Assembly (NCBI GenBank): GCA_021796895.1
Contig: JAKABN010000002.1
Location: 1 to 44,152 of the forward strand
Reading direction: 5' to 3'
DNA length: 44,152 nt
Source of the DNA: Thermoplasmata archaeon
GTDB taxonomy: Archaea; Thermoplasmatota; Thermoplasmata; Sysuiplasmatales; Sysuiplasmataceae
The notes under the pieces were generated by a model. That model had not been told where the DNA came from. It worked only from the letters and a program-made list of their open reading frames with translations, and made no database searches. The position numbers and the translations under genes are program-made. This document shows, in pieces, positions 9,783 to 18,774 of this stretch (its first letter is position 1; each line of letters starts with the position of its first letter).

Positions 9783-11369
9783 GTGTCCGACGGGCAGTCG
9801 ACTCTCTTTGATTTTACAGACATAGATACGAGTCGTGGACTCGAGGAGAAGAATGGTTTCGTTTCACACCCGTTTATTGAGCCGGACACGGTCCAGTACA
9901 GGGATTTCCAGATTGAGCTGTCCGGCATTGCAGTTGAGACCAATCTGCTCGTAGTAATACCAACAGGCCTCGGAAAAACGCTCATTGCCCTGATCGCCGC
10001 CGCAGAGATGATGAGGAGAGGCGGAAAGAAGGTGCTGTTTCTCGCACCCACAAAGCCCCTGGCAATGCAGCATCTCGACAGTTTCAACAGGATGTTCATG
10101 CTGAAATCGTTTGCGCTTTTCACGGGATCTGCGAAACCCTCTGACAGGAAGGAACTGTGGAAGATGAAGAGAGTCATTTTCGCCACCCCGCAGGTGATAG
10201 AGAACGATCTGAAGGCGGGACTCTACGACCTGGGCGGAGTGGCGCTCTGTATTTTCGACGAGGCGCACAGGGCGGTTGGAAACTATTCATATGTCAGTGT
10301 TGCGGCGCAATGCCGTGAAGCGGGAGCCAGGATTCTGGGGCTTACGGCTTCTCCTGGTTCGAAGAAGGCCAAGATAGAGGACATACTCGTCGCGCTGAAC
10401 ATAGAGAAGGTGGAGACAAGAGAAAGACTGGACGAGGACGTCAACTCGTACGTGAAGGATGTCGACGAGGATATAGAACGCGTTAAGCTGAGCAGCGAGA
10501 TGAGAAGAATGCTGAAGCCCATAGACGAACTCCTTCACGAGAAGATAGTGAAGCTGCAGCGGATGGGTTTCCTTCGCTACAAAAAAGCGGATATGATTTC
10601 ACGCAAGGATCTGCTCTCTGTCAGGGCATCCATAATGGGCAGAAAAAAGAAGGGCGGATATCTTTTTGGCGCGATGCACAACAGCATCGTCGCGATACAC
10701 GCGTACCACTGTTCGGAGCTGCTGGAGACACAGGGTATCGAGCCGCTGAGACTCTATCTCAGTAGAATGCAGGAATCGTCGGAGAAGAGCAAGGTGGAAA
10801 AGAGCTTCATAAGCGACGAGCGCATGAAGAAGGTCGGTGAAATACTGGCAGGAACAACGGGCATTTCACACCCCAAGCTGGCGAAACTGACCGATATCAT
10901 CGATGAGCAGATGAAGCTCAAACAGGACAGCCTGGTTATGGTATTCACTCAGTACAGGGACACCATCGAAAGCATCGTGCCGGAACTGGAGAAGAGAGGC
11001 ATAAGCTTCGCCCGGTTCATCGGGCAGGCGGACAGAGGGGAGAAGAAGGGAATGACGCAGAAGGAGCAGAAGAGGACTATCGCCGAGTTCTCCTCAGGGA
11101 AGTACAGAGTGCTTGTCGCAAGCAGCATCGGTGAAGAGGGCATAGACGTTCCCGACGTCGATCTTGTAGTGTTCTACGAACCGATACCGAGCGAAATAAG
11201 ATACATACAGAGGAAGGGGAGGACAGGCAGGAGCTCGGTTGGCAGAGTGGTCATACTCGTTGCCGAGGGCACCAGGGATGAGGCATTCCTCAGGGCAAGC
11301 GCGAGCAGGGAAAGGCGCATGAACAGGATAGTCAGATCAATGAAGGGCGTAAATCAGGCAGCGGAGTGA
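9783..11369 (+). CDS. hef: Hef/FANCM-type superfamily-2 helicase, helicase module only (528 aa)
   Basis: PTGLGKT (motif I), FDEAHRA (DEAH), LGLTASPG (III), QRKGRTGR (VI), with an inserted domain between the two RecA lobes as in Hef. The protein ends about 55 aa after motif VI. GTG start. Confidence 0.75.
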   Translation: MSDGQSTLFDFTDIDTSRGLEEKNGFVSHPFIEPDTVQYRDFQIELSGIAVETNLLVVIPTGLGKTLIALIAAAEMMRRGGKKVLFLAPTKPLAMQHLDSFNRMFMLKSFALFTGSAKPSDRKELWKMKRVIFATPQVIENDLKAGLYDLGGVALCIFDEAHRAVGNYSYVSVAAQCREAGARILGLTASPGSKKAKIEDILVALNIEKVETRERLDEDVNSYVKDVDEDIERVKLSSEMRRMLKPIDELLHEKIVKLQRMGFLRYKKADMISRKDLLSVRASIMGRKKKGGYLFGAMHNSIVAIHAYHCSELLETQGIEPLRLYLSRMQESSEKSKVEKSFISDERMKKVGEILAGTTGISHPKLAKLTDIIDEQMKLKQDSLVMVFTQYRDTIESIVPELEKRGISFARFIGQADRGEKKGMTQKEQKRTIAEFSSGKYRVLVASSIGEEGIDVPDVDLVVFYEPIPSEIRYIQRKGRTGRSSVGRVVILVAEGTRDEAFLRASASRERRMNRIVRSMKGVNQAAE

Positions 11370-12134
11370 TCAGGATTCTGACGCCTGCGGGGCATTAAGA
11401 GCCAGCTTGTTCGTCAGCAGCCTGAGAAAGGATTCGAGATGTTCGGCGAGCGAAGAGTTGTCTGAGAAGCCGCATGCCGAAAGGTCCGGAGAGGCAATCA
11501 GCGCCTTCTTTCCGTCGCACACTATGTCGGTGGCGAGAAGTTCTGTCACCCTGTAACTCTCAGTATGCTCAGGCAGCTTCACTGAGGGAGCGGTAACGAC
11601 GGTAATACTCACGCCGCGCTTCTTCGCATCGCTGAATTTTTTGCCGAAACTCTTTCTTATGTCCCTGATTGCTGGAGTGGAAATTATGAGTCTGTGCATT
11701 GAGCCGTCGATCATCTCCGCAATTTTCTCCATGACCTTCTCCTGGCCGGTAATCGTGTAAATGAGCTGCGGCACTCCTTTCTCGCTCAGCATTCCGCTGA
11801 CCAGCGAGAGTTTTCTGAACGCTTCCCTTATGTTTTCTGCAACTTCGTCACCCTTGGCAAGCGGATCCTCCGGATGGAAGACGCGCGGCTTGCCCTGTGA
11901 CGTCGTTGCATAGCCCCGTCCTTCCAGCATCGTCAGCGCCTTGTATGCGGACGTCCTGGGTATCTGCGCCACCTCTGCGACACGCTGCGGCGTGCCGAAA
12001 CCCAGCACGACAAGAGCCATATACGATCGCGCCTCATATTCTGAAAGACCGCAGTTCCTCAGGACGCCTATTACGCTTTCGTACTCCTTGCGCAGCTCAT
12101 CCAAATTCTCCCCCAGAAGCTTGATAAGGTTCAT
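11370..12134 (-). CDS. trmB: TrmB-family transcriptional regulator (254 aa)
   Basis: The N-terminal winged helix LSEYEARSYMALVVLGFGTPQRVAEVAQIPRTSAYKALTMLEGRGY is typical of TrmB, and a TrmB-like C-terminal domain follows. Confidence 0.8.
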   Translation of the reverse strand: MNLIKLLGENLDELRKEYESVIGVLRNCGLSEYEARSYMALVVLGFGTPQRVAEVAQIPRTSAYKALTMLEGRGYATTSQGKPRVFHPEDPLAKGDEVAENIREAFRKLSLVSGMLSEKGVPQLIYTITGQEKVMEKIAEMIDGSMHRLIISTPAIRDIRKSFGKKFSDAKKRGVSITVVTAPSVKLPEHTESYRVTELLATDIVCDGKKALIASPDLSACGFSDNSSLAEHLESFLRLLTNKLALNAPQASES

Positions 12135-12140
12135 GACTTT

Positions 12141-12157
12141 GTAGTGGCAATTACTAC
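12141..12157. promoter_or_regulatory. Inverted repeat GTAGT-N7-ACTAC, 7-23 nt upstream of the trmB start, in the trmB / ferredoxin-GGR divergent region
   Basis: A perfect 5+5 inverted repeat seen directly. Its position between a TATA-like ATTTAAAC (about 12163-12170) and the trmB ATG would suit an autoregulatory operator. Confidence 0.3.
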
Positions 12158-12274
12158 ATTGAATTTAAACTTATTCGGAATTCGTCTATGGATGCCATTC
12201 AAAAATGCAAACTGAACGCATGTCCTTGAATACAATTTAATACTAGTTCGCCTGTTAAACGCGAAGGTATAACC

Positions 12275-12481
12275 GTGATAGAGCTCAACGATGACAGGTG
12301 CATGCACTGCGGTGCGTGTGTCGGAGCATGCCCCGCAAACGCAATATACCTCAACGAGGTCATACTGGATTTCAACGATGATTGCACCGACTGCGGTCTG
12401 TGCGTCAAGGCGTGCCCGGTCGGCGCGCTGTCGCTGATCAGGACCAGGGGACAGAAGGTGCCTATTGCGGCCACGGCATGA
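12275..12481 (+). CDS. 2x[4Fe-4S] ferredoxin (68 aa)
   Basis: Two CxxCxxCxxxCP motifs (CMHCGACVGACP and CTDCGLCVKACP). GTG start. Confidence 0.85.
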   Translation: MIELNDDRCMHCGACVGACPANAIYLNEVILDFNDDCTDCGLCVKACPVGALSLIRTRGQKVPIAATA

Positions 12482-12569
12482 TTTGGTCATTGGGCTTTCG
12501 GCAGACAGCCTTATGCTTGAAACGAATTAATAGAGGCTTGCCGATCAGTCACTTCATACCGGTGTCTAT

Positions 12570-13763
12570 ATGTTCATCAAGGATGAGTATGACGTTGTTG
12601 TCGTAGGTGCTGGCCCTTCGGGCAGCACGACTGCGAGATACGCGGCCATGAACGGCGCCGATGTGCTGCTGGTCGAGAAGAGACAGGAGATAGGCTCGCC
12701 GGTACGATGCGGCGAGGGAGTGTCGATGGAGATTTTCAAGCACGTCGACATCAAACCAGATCCATCATGGTTCGTCAACGAGGTGACCGGGGCAAGGATT
12801 TTTGGACCGTCCGGAAAGCACATATTGATTGATGCTAAAAACGCCGGCGATGAGGTAGGGGCTGTCATTGAGAGGGATGCGTTTGACAAGCATCTTGCGA
12901 CACTAGCCGCGAGAGCTGGAGCTGAAATATCTACAAAGACCGCCGTGACTTCACTGCTGCGGGATAGCGGCGAGATTACCGGAGTCAGAGTAAGAAGGAT
13001 GGGCGAATATCACGATGTTGCAGCGAGACTGATTGTCGGCGCGGACGGCTTTGAATCGCAGATTGCCAGATGGGCGGCAATTAACACCAATCTGAAGACC
13101 AGGGATACAACGTCAAATCTGCAGTACAGAATGACAGGCCTGGACCTTGACCCGCGCTTCACCGACTTCTACATAGGTTCTGTGGCCCCGGGCGGATACG
13201 TCTGGATATTTCCCAAGAGCAGGGATACCGCCAACGTTGGTATCGGACTCCTGCTCTCGAGGATAAAGGGCGCGAGCGAGGCGAAGGATTATCTGGATGC
13301 ATTCATAGAAAAGGACGAACGTTTCAAGAATGCAGATATACTCGAGACGGTCAGCGGTGGCGTTTCGGTAAGCGCTCCGCTTGATTGCGTAACCGCGAAC
13401 GGCATCATGCTTGTGGGAGACGCCGCTCGCATGATTGATCCGCTGACGGGCGGAGGAATAAGCAACGGTGTAATTGCAGGCAGCGTCTGCGGAAGGGTCG
13501 CGGCGGAATCTGTCAGGGCGCATGATGTTTCAAAGGAATTTCTGAAGAGATACGAAGACGGATGGCGTGACCTTCTGGAGGAGAAACTCTACCGGGATTA
13601 CATGGCCAAGGAGAAGCTGATATCACTCGATGACCACACACTCGATATGCTCATAGATGCGCTTTCCGGCGCGACGATGGAGAATCTTTCCACCAAAGAA
13701 ATACTCAGGGCAGTAAGATCCAAGTATCCTCAGCTCGTGAGTGAATTCGAGGATCTCATCTGA
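12570..13763 (+). CDS. Geranylgeranyl reductase (digeranylgeranylglycerophospholipid reductase family, 397 aa)
   Basis: FAD fingerprint YDVVVVGAGPSGS, the RCGEG motif, LVGDAARMIDPLTGGGI, and a length typical of archaeal GGR. Confidence 0.9.
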   Translation: MFIKDEYDVVVVGAGPSGSTTARYAAMNGADVLLVEKRQEIGSPVRCGEGVSMEIFKHVDIKPDPSWFVNEVTGARIFGPSGKHILIDAKNAGDEVGAVIERDAFDKHLATLAARAGAEISTKTAVTSLLRDSGEITGVRVRRMGEYHDVAARLIVGADGFESQIARWAAINTNLKTRDTTSNLQYRMTGLDLDPRFTDFYIGSVAPGGYVWIFPKSRDTANVGIGLLLSRIKGASEAKDYLDAFIEKDERFKNADILETVSGGVSVSAPLDCVTANGIMLVGDAARMIDPLTGGGISNGVIAGSVCGRVAAESVRAHDVSKEFLKRYEDGWRDLLEEKLYRDYMAKEKLISLDDHTLDMLIDALSGATMENLSTKEILRAVRSKYPQLVSEFEDLI

Positions 13764-13786
13764 AAGCGATACCGCGACACACAGAG

Positions 13787-16450
13787 TCACCACATAGTGC
13801 GGTACAGCGCGACTGAAGCCGCGAGGGTGACCGAATGAACGATGCGTCTTTCATAAGCGCTGAAAGTGACCGGTGATTTTCTCCACACAATAAGTGCCCC
13901 GGCCGCCCGGCCGGACTTATCGTGTATATGATGCATGATGGCGTGACCTGGCCTGTTGCCGAACAGCGACGTTATCAGCACAGATTCATCATTCTCCCGC
14001 ATCCCGTCGCTTCCAAGCGCCGCCTCGATTTCAGTAAGGGACACCATTGTCCCCTTTCCCCTCTGCATGCCCGAACTCCTGGAGAAGACCTTTCTTGCGA
14101 AACTTTCACCTTCCATTGCGAGCACCACAATATCGTCGTGAGGAACGATTCTGCCGAGTTCTGTGCAGAATGCTGCCGGAAACGGTATTTCGGCTGGCGA
14201 CGAGAGTATGCCCGCGAGTATTGATGAAAGCGACGAAGAGAACACCGTCTCCGCGGCGTTCTTCCGTGCCTCGCCGGTGATGCCACTGAAATTCACGGCC
14301 ATCGCTGAAAGAAATTCTGCGAATTCCATCTCCTCGTATTCCAGCTGTCTTGTGCCCGGAATCTGCAGAATGATGATGGACGCTGTTCCGTCGTGCTCAC
14401 CCGCGGGAACCAGCAGATAATTTGAATCTGACTGGGCGGATGCTGAGGGTCCCTGCGGTGATGTGGAGCATTCGACTTTCGCCAGTTTCCTGGAGTGCGA
14501 TGCCTCGATTATCCTGGCTTGCAGTGAATCAGAAAAGGAGTGATTGCGTTCAGGCGACTGCGTCCTCACGTGGGCCTTGCTGGAAATTATGCGATCACGG
14601 TGGATTGTGCATGCGATCGCATCTGACCCCGGAATAGCATCAGTAAGATATCTCATCAGCGATTCCAGTCTTTCGCCCTGATCAAACGCAGAAAGGCATG
14701 TTTCTGACACGAGGTTCAGAAGGCGGGCTCTGTGAACCGCCCTCTCCAGAGAGGCAGAGCTGTAAGCCGTTGAGAGAATGAAATCGACATGCCGCCTTGA
14801 ACGTTCTGCGATGGACAGTTCCATCCATCCCGGCTCACGCCCCTTTGACGAGACCGTCACGGTAAAACCGCGATAATATGCCGCACTGTGCGGTATGATA
14901 TATGCGATGCTTGTGGTGCTGTGCCCGAGTTTTCTGAGAAGTGATTCATGTCCGGCACCGGCCCTCTCAACTGTTTCCGGCACGGAAGACAGGAATTCGG
15001 GTTCCAGAGATAAAATCGCGCCAGCGGTGCGTCTGTTTCCGCGCCCTTCCGAGGCAACGCATTCAACTGCATTGGTGAAAGGGCGCTGAAAGAATGTGTA
15101 TGACTCTTCCGCGGATAACAGCATTCTGAATTCCCTTGCAAGCGCGGAGTGAAGCGTGCTTAGCTTCCCGTGTATCTCGAAACGAGCAAGCAGGTTGTCC
15201 AGACGTTCATACAGCAAATTCAGATGCCGCAGTTCCTCGATCCTTGCGAACGTGGGCAGCTTGGCGCCGACCATCGATGATACATCCCTGAGGAATTTGA
15301 TGTCATCTTCTCCGATCTTTTCAGTTCTCCTGCGAAACAGGGCAATAGATCCGGCGATTTCATTCCCCATCATTACTGGTGTAAAGAGTGCCGAAGAGTA
15401 CCCCCTGTATAGCCTGCGGAAATCATCGAAACGCGGACTCCCTTCATCGACGATAACAGGTTTCACGCTCAATATCAGCGGCTTTTCGAAGTGAAGATCG
15501 CAATCTCTCGACAGAAGTCTTTTAGACAGTGCGGGGGGACATGCGGCCTGCGCCATGACGGTTATCCTTCCCCCGGAATTATCGAACATTATCACGGAAT
15601 CCGCGACTGCCGTCTCAGACAGTTTTCCGGCAAGAATGCTGAAATATGTGTTTCTGTCAGTGAACGGGAGGAGTTCCTTCATGATCCATGCGACATTGCG
15701 GCCCAAATGCTCCTCCTCATGCACGTTTCCTTTCTGGTCATCTCTTCCCCTCAGCTGCTGCCCGCCTATCAGAAACAGGACATTCCCTGGGTGTGCAACA
15801 ACTGAGGACATCATGACATCCATGACTGCCGATCCTCCTTCAGGGCCCGACAGCTCGATCACACCGGACTGAGCGCTGCCTTCGGCCTGACACCTCTTGA
15901 ACATCTCGACAAAAGTTATTCTCTGGGATTTGACCACCATGTCAAGGAACTCTATTCCCCTGCATCTGTCGAAACCGATGGATGCGGCAAGAGAAGAGGC
16001 GGCTGTGTTGCAATCGGCTATCATTCCCAGTCTGTCCATAATGAAGAGAGGTTCCCTGAAGACACCAAGGAATGCTGAGAGAGTTTCTTCAGGAGCAGAC
16101 TGCCCGGCTATCTTCCTTATCTGGCAGTAGACAGCGTTGATTTCGTCTCCGTTTATCACAGGGGTGAACGTCGCGAGGCATGATATTCCGGCGATGCTGC
16201 ACTGGAATTCGAAGCTCTTTCCGGTGGAAAGATGAAGCAGAGCGTCCAGTTTCGAGCCTTCCCATTCGCCGTCACCAAGATTCAGTTCCACGCCAGCCTC
16301 CTGGCCTTCGAGAAGCTCCTTTGCCGCTCGGTTCAATTCGAGTATGTTCATCCTCATGTCTGTGATGACAACGGCTTCTGTCATCGAGTTGATCAGGGAA
16401 CTCAGACTCGGCCGCTCCCCGCTTATCACACCTGTTCGTGTATCGTTCAT
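13787..16450 (-). CDS. Multidomain sensor protein: two N-terminal PAS-like domains followed by about four GAF-like domains, with no recognisable output domain (887 aa)
   Basis: PAS-like starts at INSMTEAVVITDMRMNILELNRAAKELL and FLGVFREPLFIMDRLGMIADCNTAA. There are four repeats of a GAF-like C-terminal pattern, for example EIAGSIALFRRRTEKIGEDDIKFLRDVSSMVGAKL and RAAGALIVWRKSPVTFSAYERRIVHSVTLAASVAL. I could not recognise a HisKA/HATPase, HTH, GGDEF or TM segment. Confidence 0.6.
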   Translation of the reverse strand: MNDTRTGVISGERPSLSSLINSMTEAVVITDMRMNILELNRAAKELLEGQEAGVELNLGDGEWEGSKLDALLHLSTGKSFEFQCSIAGISCLATFTPVINGDEINAVYCQIRKIAGQSAPEETLSAFLGVFREPLFIMDRLGMIADCNTAASSLAASIGFDRCRGIEFLDMVVKSQRITFVEMFKRCQAEGSAQSGVIELSGPEGGSAVMDVMMSSVVAHPGNVLFLIGGQQLRGRDDQKGNVHEEEHLGRNVAWIMKELLPFTDRNTYFSILAGKLSETAVADSVIMFDNSGGRITVMAQAACPPALSKRLLSRDCDLHFEKPLILSVKPVIVDEGSPRFDDFRRLYRGYSSALFTPVMMGNEIAGSIALFRRRTEKIGEDDIKFLRDVSSMVGAKLPTFARIEELRHLNLLYERLDNLLARFEIHGKLSTLHSALAREFRMLLSAEESYTFFQRPFTNAVECVASEGRGNRRTAGAILSLEPEFLSSVPETVERAGAGHESLLRKLGHSTTSIAYIIPHSAAYYRGFTVTVSSKGREPGWMELSIAERSRRHVDFILSTAYSSASLERAVHRARLLNLVSETCLSAFDQGERLESLMRYLTDAIPGSDAIACTIHRDRIISSKAHVRTQSPERNHSFSDSLQARIIEASHSRKLAKVECSTSPQGPSASAQSDSNYLLVPAGEHDGTASIIILQIPGTRQLEYEEMEFAEFLSAMAVNFSGITGEARKNAAETVFSSSLSSILAGILSSPAEIPFPAAFCTELGRIVPHDDIVVLAMEGESFARKVFSRSSGMQRGKGTMVSLTEIEAALGSDGMRENDESVLITSLFGNRPGHAIMHHIHDKSGRAAGALIVWRKSPVTFSAYERRIVHSVTLAASVALYRTMW

Positions 16451-16558
16451 GCTGTCCGCTCTTTGGATTAATCAGAATGCCTGTGGAATTGATTGAGCCT
16501 TCTGACGGCTAATAAAATTAACCGGCAAAATATCAGTCAAAAACCTGCAGAATGACCA

Positions 16559-17794
16559 TCAGCAGGCTGTCCGCCTGACTCTTACGCCGCCAGAATACAC
16601 GGAGCGAATCATGCTGTCGGAGTTTCTGTAGAAAATCTTGCTCGCAGCGTCGAGGTCCAGACATATGAAATCCGCTCTCTTTCCCTGTTCGATGCTGCCC
16701 AGCTCACCACCCATGCCGATACAGCTTGCGGAGTTCAGTGTTGCTGCGGTAAGGGCCTCTTCCTGCCTCAGGCCGCAGGCATAAACCGCGAGAATACAGG
16801 AAAACATCATGCTTTCGTTCCATGAATTTGGACTCAGATCAGTTCCTATCGCGACAGCCATACCGCTGGAAATCATCGAGGCTGCATCTGGAAAATGCCT
16901 TGCCATGGAGAACAATGGCGTGGATGGCAGTATTATACCGGTTGTTCCGCTCGATGCAAGGGCGGAAAAACTGCTTCGCGGCGTATGCGCGAGATGCGAT
17001 ACGCTGACCGCGCCAAGAGCGGCTATGTCTTCAGCAGCGCCCGTGCACGAGAACTCGTCGATATGGGCAGAAAGCCCGAATCCCAGCCTGCCGGCAGCGG
17101 CAAGAATGTGCAGTCCTTCCTCCGGCGTGAACGCTCCGTCCTCGATGAAAACATCACAGAGAGCAGACAACCCTCTTTTACGAACGGCAGGAAGATGCAG
17201 GTCGACTATTTCAGACAGGTAGTCTGACCTGCGTGCATCCGGGGGAATGGCGTGCGCACCCATGTAAGTAGGCACGACTTTCTGTCGCATTGATGAAAGC
17301 CTGTTTGCGACGCTCAGCATCTTCAGTTCATGCTCCAGGTTCAGACCGTAACCGCTCTTGACCTCGACGCACGTCGTTCCTCCCGCGAGCATTCCGCGCA
17401 GCCTTGGAACTGTCTCTGTTATCAGTTGATTCGGAGAGGCTTCCCTCGTTCTTTCCAGAGTGTGAAGAATTCCTCCTCCGCTTTTCAGTATGTCCATGTA
17501 AGAGTCACCGCGCAGTTTTCTGGCCAGCTCATTCTCCCTGCTGCCTGCAAACAGTGCGTGGCTATGGCAGTCGACGAAGGACGGTATAACCGTGCAGTCA
17601 TCCAGCGGAACCTTCTTTCCGCTGTATTTCGACAATATCAGCGCCCTTCTGCCGCATGCCTCTATCCTTCCATCCAGGACCGCTATTGCGGCATCTTCGA
17701 TGAAACGGATGTCGCACATCGACTCCGCGCTTTTCGCTTTCCTGCCGGCCGGTGTCATGATCCGGGCGCATTCGAATATGGAGTCAACCTTCAT
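16559..17794 (-). CDS. hutI: Imidazolonepropionase-like amidohydrolase (HutI family, 411 aa)
   Basis: The metal-binding FVDCHSHALFAGSR followed by ...LRGDSYMDILKSGGGILHT resembles the HutI signature. The amidohydrolase His/Asp pattern continues (GAHAIPP, AHIDEF, SHLAH, GTDLSPNS). Confidence 0.7.
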   Translation of the reverse strand: MKVDSIFECARIMTPAGRKAKSAESMCDIRFIEDAAIAVLDGRIEACGRRALILSKYSGKKVPLDDCTVIPSFVDCHSHALFAGSRENELARKLRGDSYMDILKSGGGILHTLERTREASPNQLITETVPRLRGMLAGGTTCVEVKSGYGLNLEHELKMLSVANRLSSMRQKVVPTYMGAHAIPPDARRSDYLSEIVDLHLPAVRKRGLSALCDVFIEDGAFTPEEGLHILAAAGRLGFGLSAHIDEFSCTGAAEDIAALGAVSVSHLAHTPRSSFSALASSGTTGIILPSTPLFSMARHFPDAASMISSGMAVAIGTDLSPNSWNESMMFSCILAVYACGLRQEEALTAATLNSASCIGMGGELGSIEQGKRADFICLDLDAASKIFYRNSDSMIRSVYSGGVRVRRTAC

Positions 17795-18710
17795 GCCCCT
17801 CCCTCCTCAGCCCTTCTTCTCCGGTTCTGCAGATAATTGGAATGCCGCCCCTTGCGGCAATCGCTTCACCTGCTTTCTCCGGCCTGTCAGTTAGGGCTAT
17901 TATGCACCCTCCGCCGCCTGCGCCGGTGAGTTTTGCGCCGTAAGAGAACGGTCTTACCGCATCGATCAGCTGGTCCAGTTCCTTCGTGCTCACACCAAGC
18001 ACCGACAGCAGGCGCTGGTTCCTGTCCATGAGTCTGCCGAGCGCGACCATATCACCGCCCCGCAGCGCCTTCATTGCATCCTGTGAAATACTGCCGATTT
18101 CCGAAACTGCATCTCTGGCGGTGGGATATTTCTCCCAGAGCCGTCTGACCTTGTCCACCATGTGACCGGTCGCCGCACCGCTTCCGGTATATCCGGCAAC
18201 CACGGTCATTCTACCGACGTCGACATGGCCGATATGCCATGTGACTGTGCCGCTGCTTATACTCCATATCTCCGATGAAACTCGACTGCTGCTGATGAAG
18301 ACGCCGTAACCGTGCGCCGAAGTCGATGTATCAAGGGGACTCGCTCTGCCCTGGGCGCCGAGTTCCACATTGAATGCAATCGACGCCGTCTTGGCCTCAT
18401 TCCCGTCATTGTTCAGAGCTGCAACGAGCGATGTCGAAAGTGCCGCCGATGAACCCATCCCGCCTCCAGGAGGTATGGAAGACTCCACACTTGCGCTCTT
18501 TCCCGTGGCTCCCGTCAGACTGAATGAATGATAAGGATACGCGCGCATGTCTTTCCTGAGAGGGAATCCGTTGAATCTGTTCTCTCTGTATTCGCTGACG
18601 ACAGCACGCGTCCTGAGGTTGATTGCGGCTGCTATAGCCGCTTCACCGAAAACGACTGCGTGCTCTCCGAACAGTATGATCTTGCCCGGCGAGGAAAAGG
18701 AGACAGGCAT
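17784..18710 (-). CDS. mvk: Mevalonate kinase (GHMP kinase, 308 aa)
   Basis: GKIILFGEHAVVFG (motif I), PPGGGMGSSAA (motif II), KLTGAGGGGC (motif III). Start set at MPVSFSSPGK. The longer track ORF adds 34 non-homologous residues. Confidence 0.85.
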   Translation of the reverse strand: MPVSFSSPGKIILFGEHAVVFGEAAIAAAINLRTRAVVSEYRENRFNGFPLRKDMRAYPYHSFSLTGATGKSASVESSIPPGGGMGSSAALSTSLVAALNNDGNEAKTASIAFNVELGAQGRASPLDTSTSAHGYGVFISSSRVSSEIWSISSGTVTWHIGHVDVGRMTVVAGYTGSGAATGHMVDKVRRLWEKYPTARDAVSEIGSISQDAMKALRGGDMVALGRLMDRNQRLLSVLGVSTKELDQLIDAVRPFSYGAKLTGAGGGGCIIALTDRPEKAGEAIAARGGIPIICRTGEEGLRREGHEG

Positions 18711-18774
18711 AAACCACACATGAAAGACGTTGAAGTTAAATTCTTTCCACTCGGAGTCCATGAAGACAGAGGGT

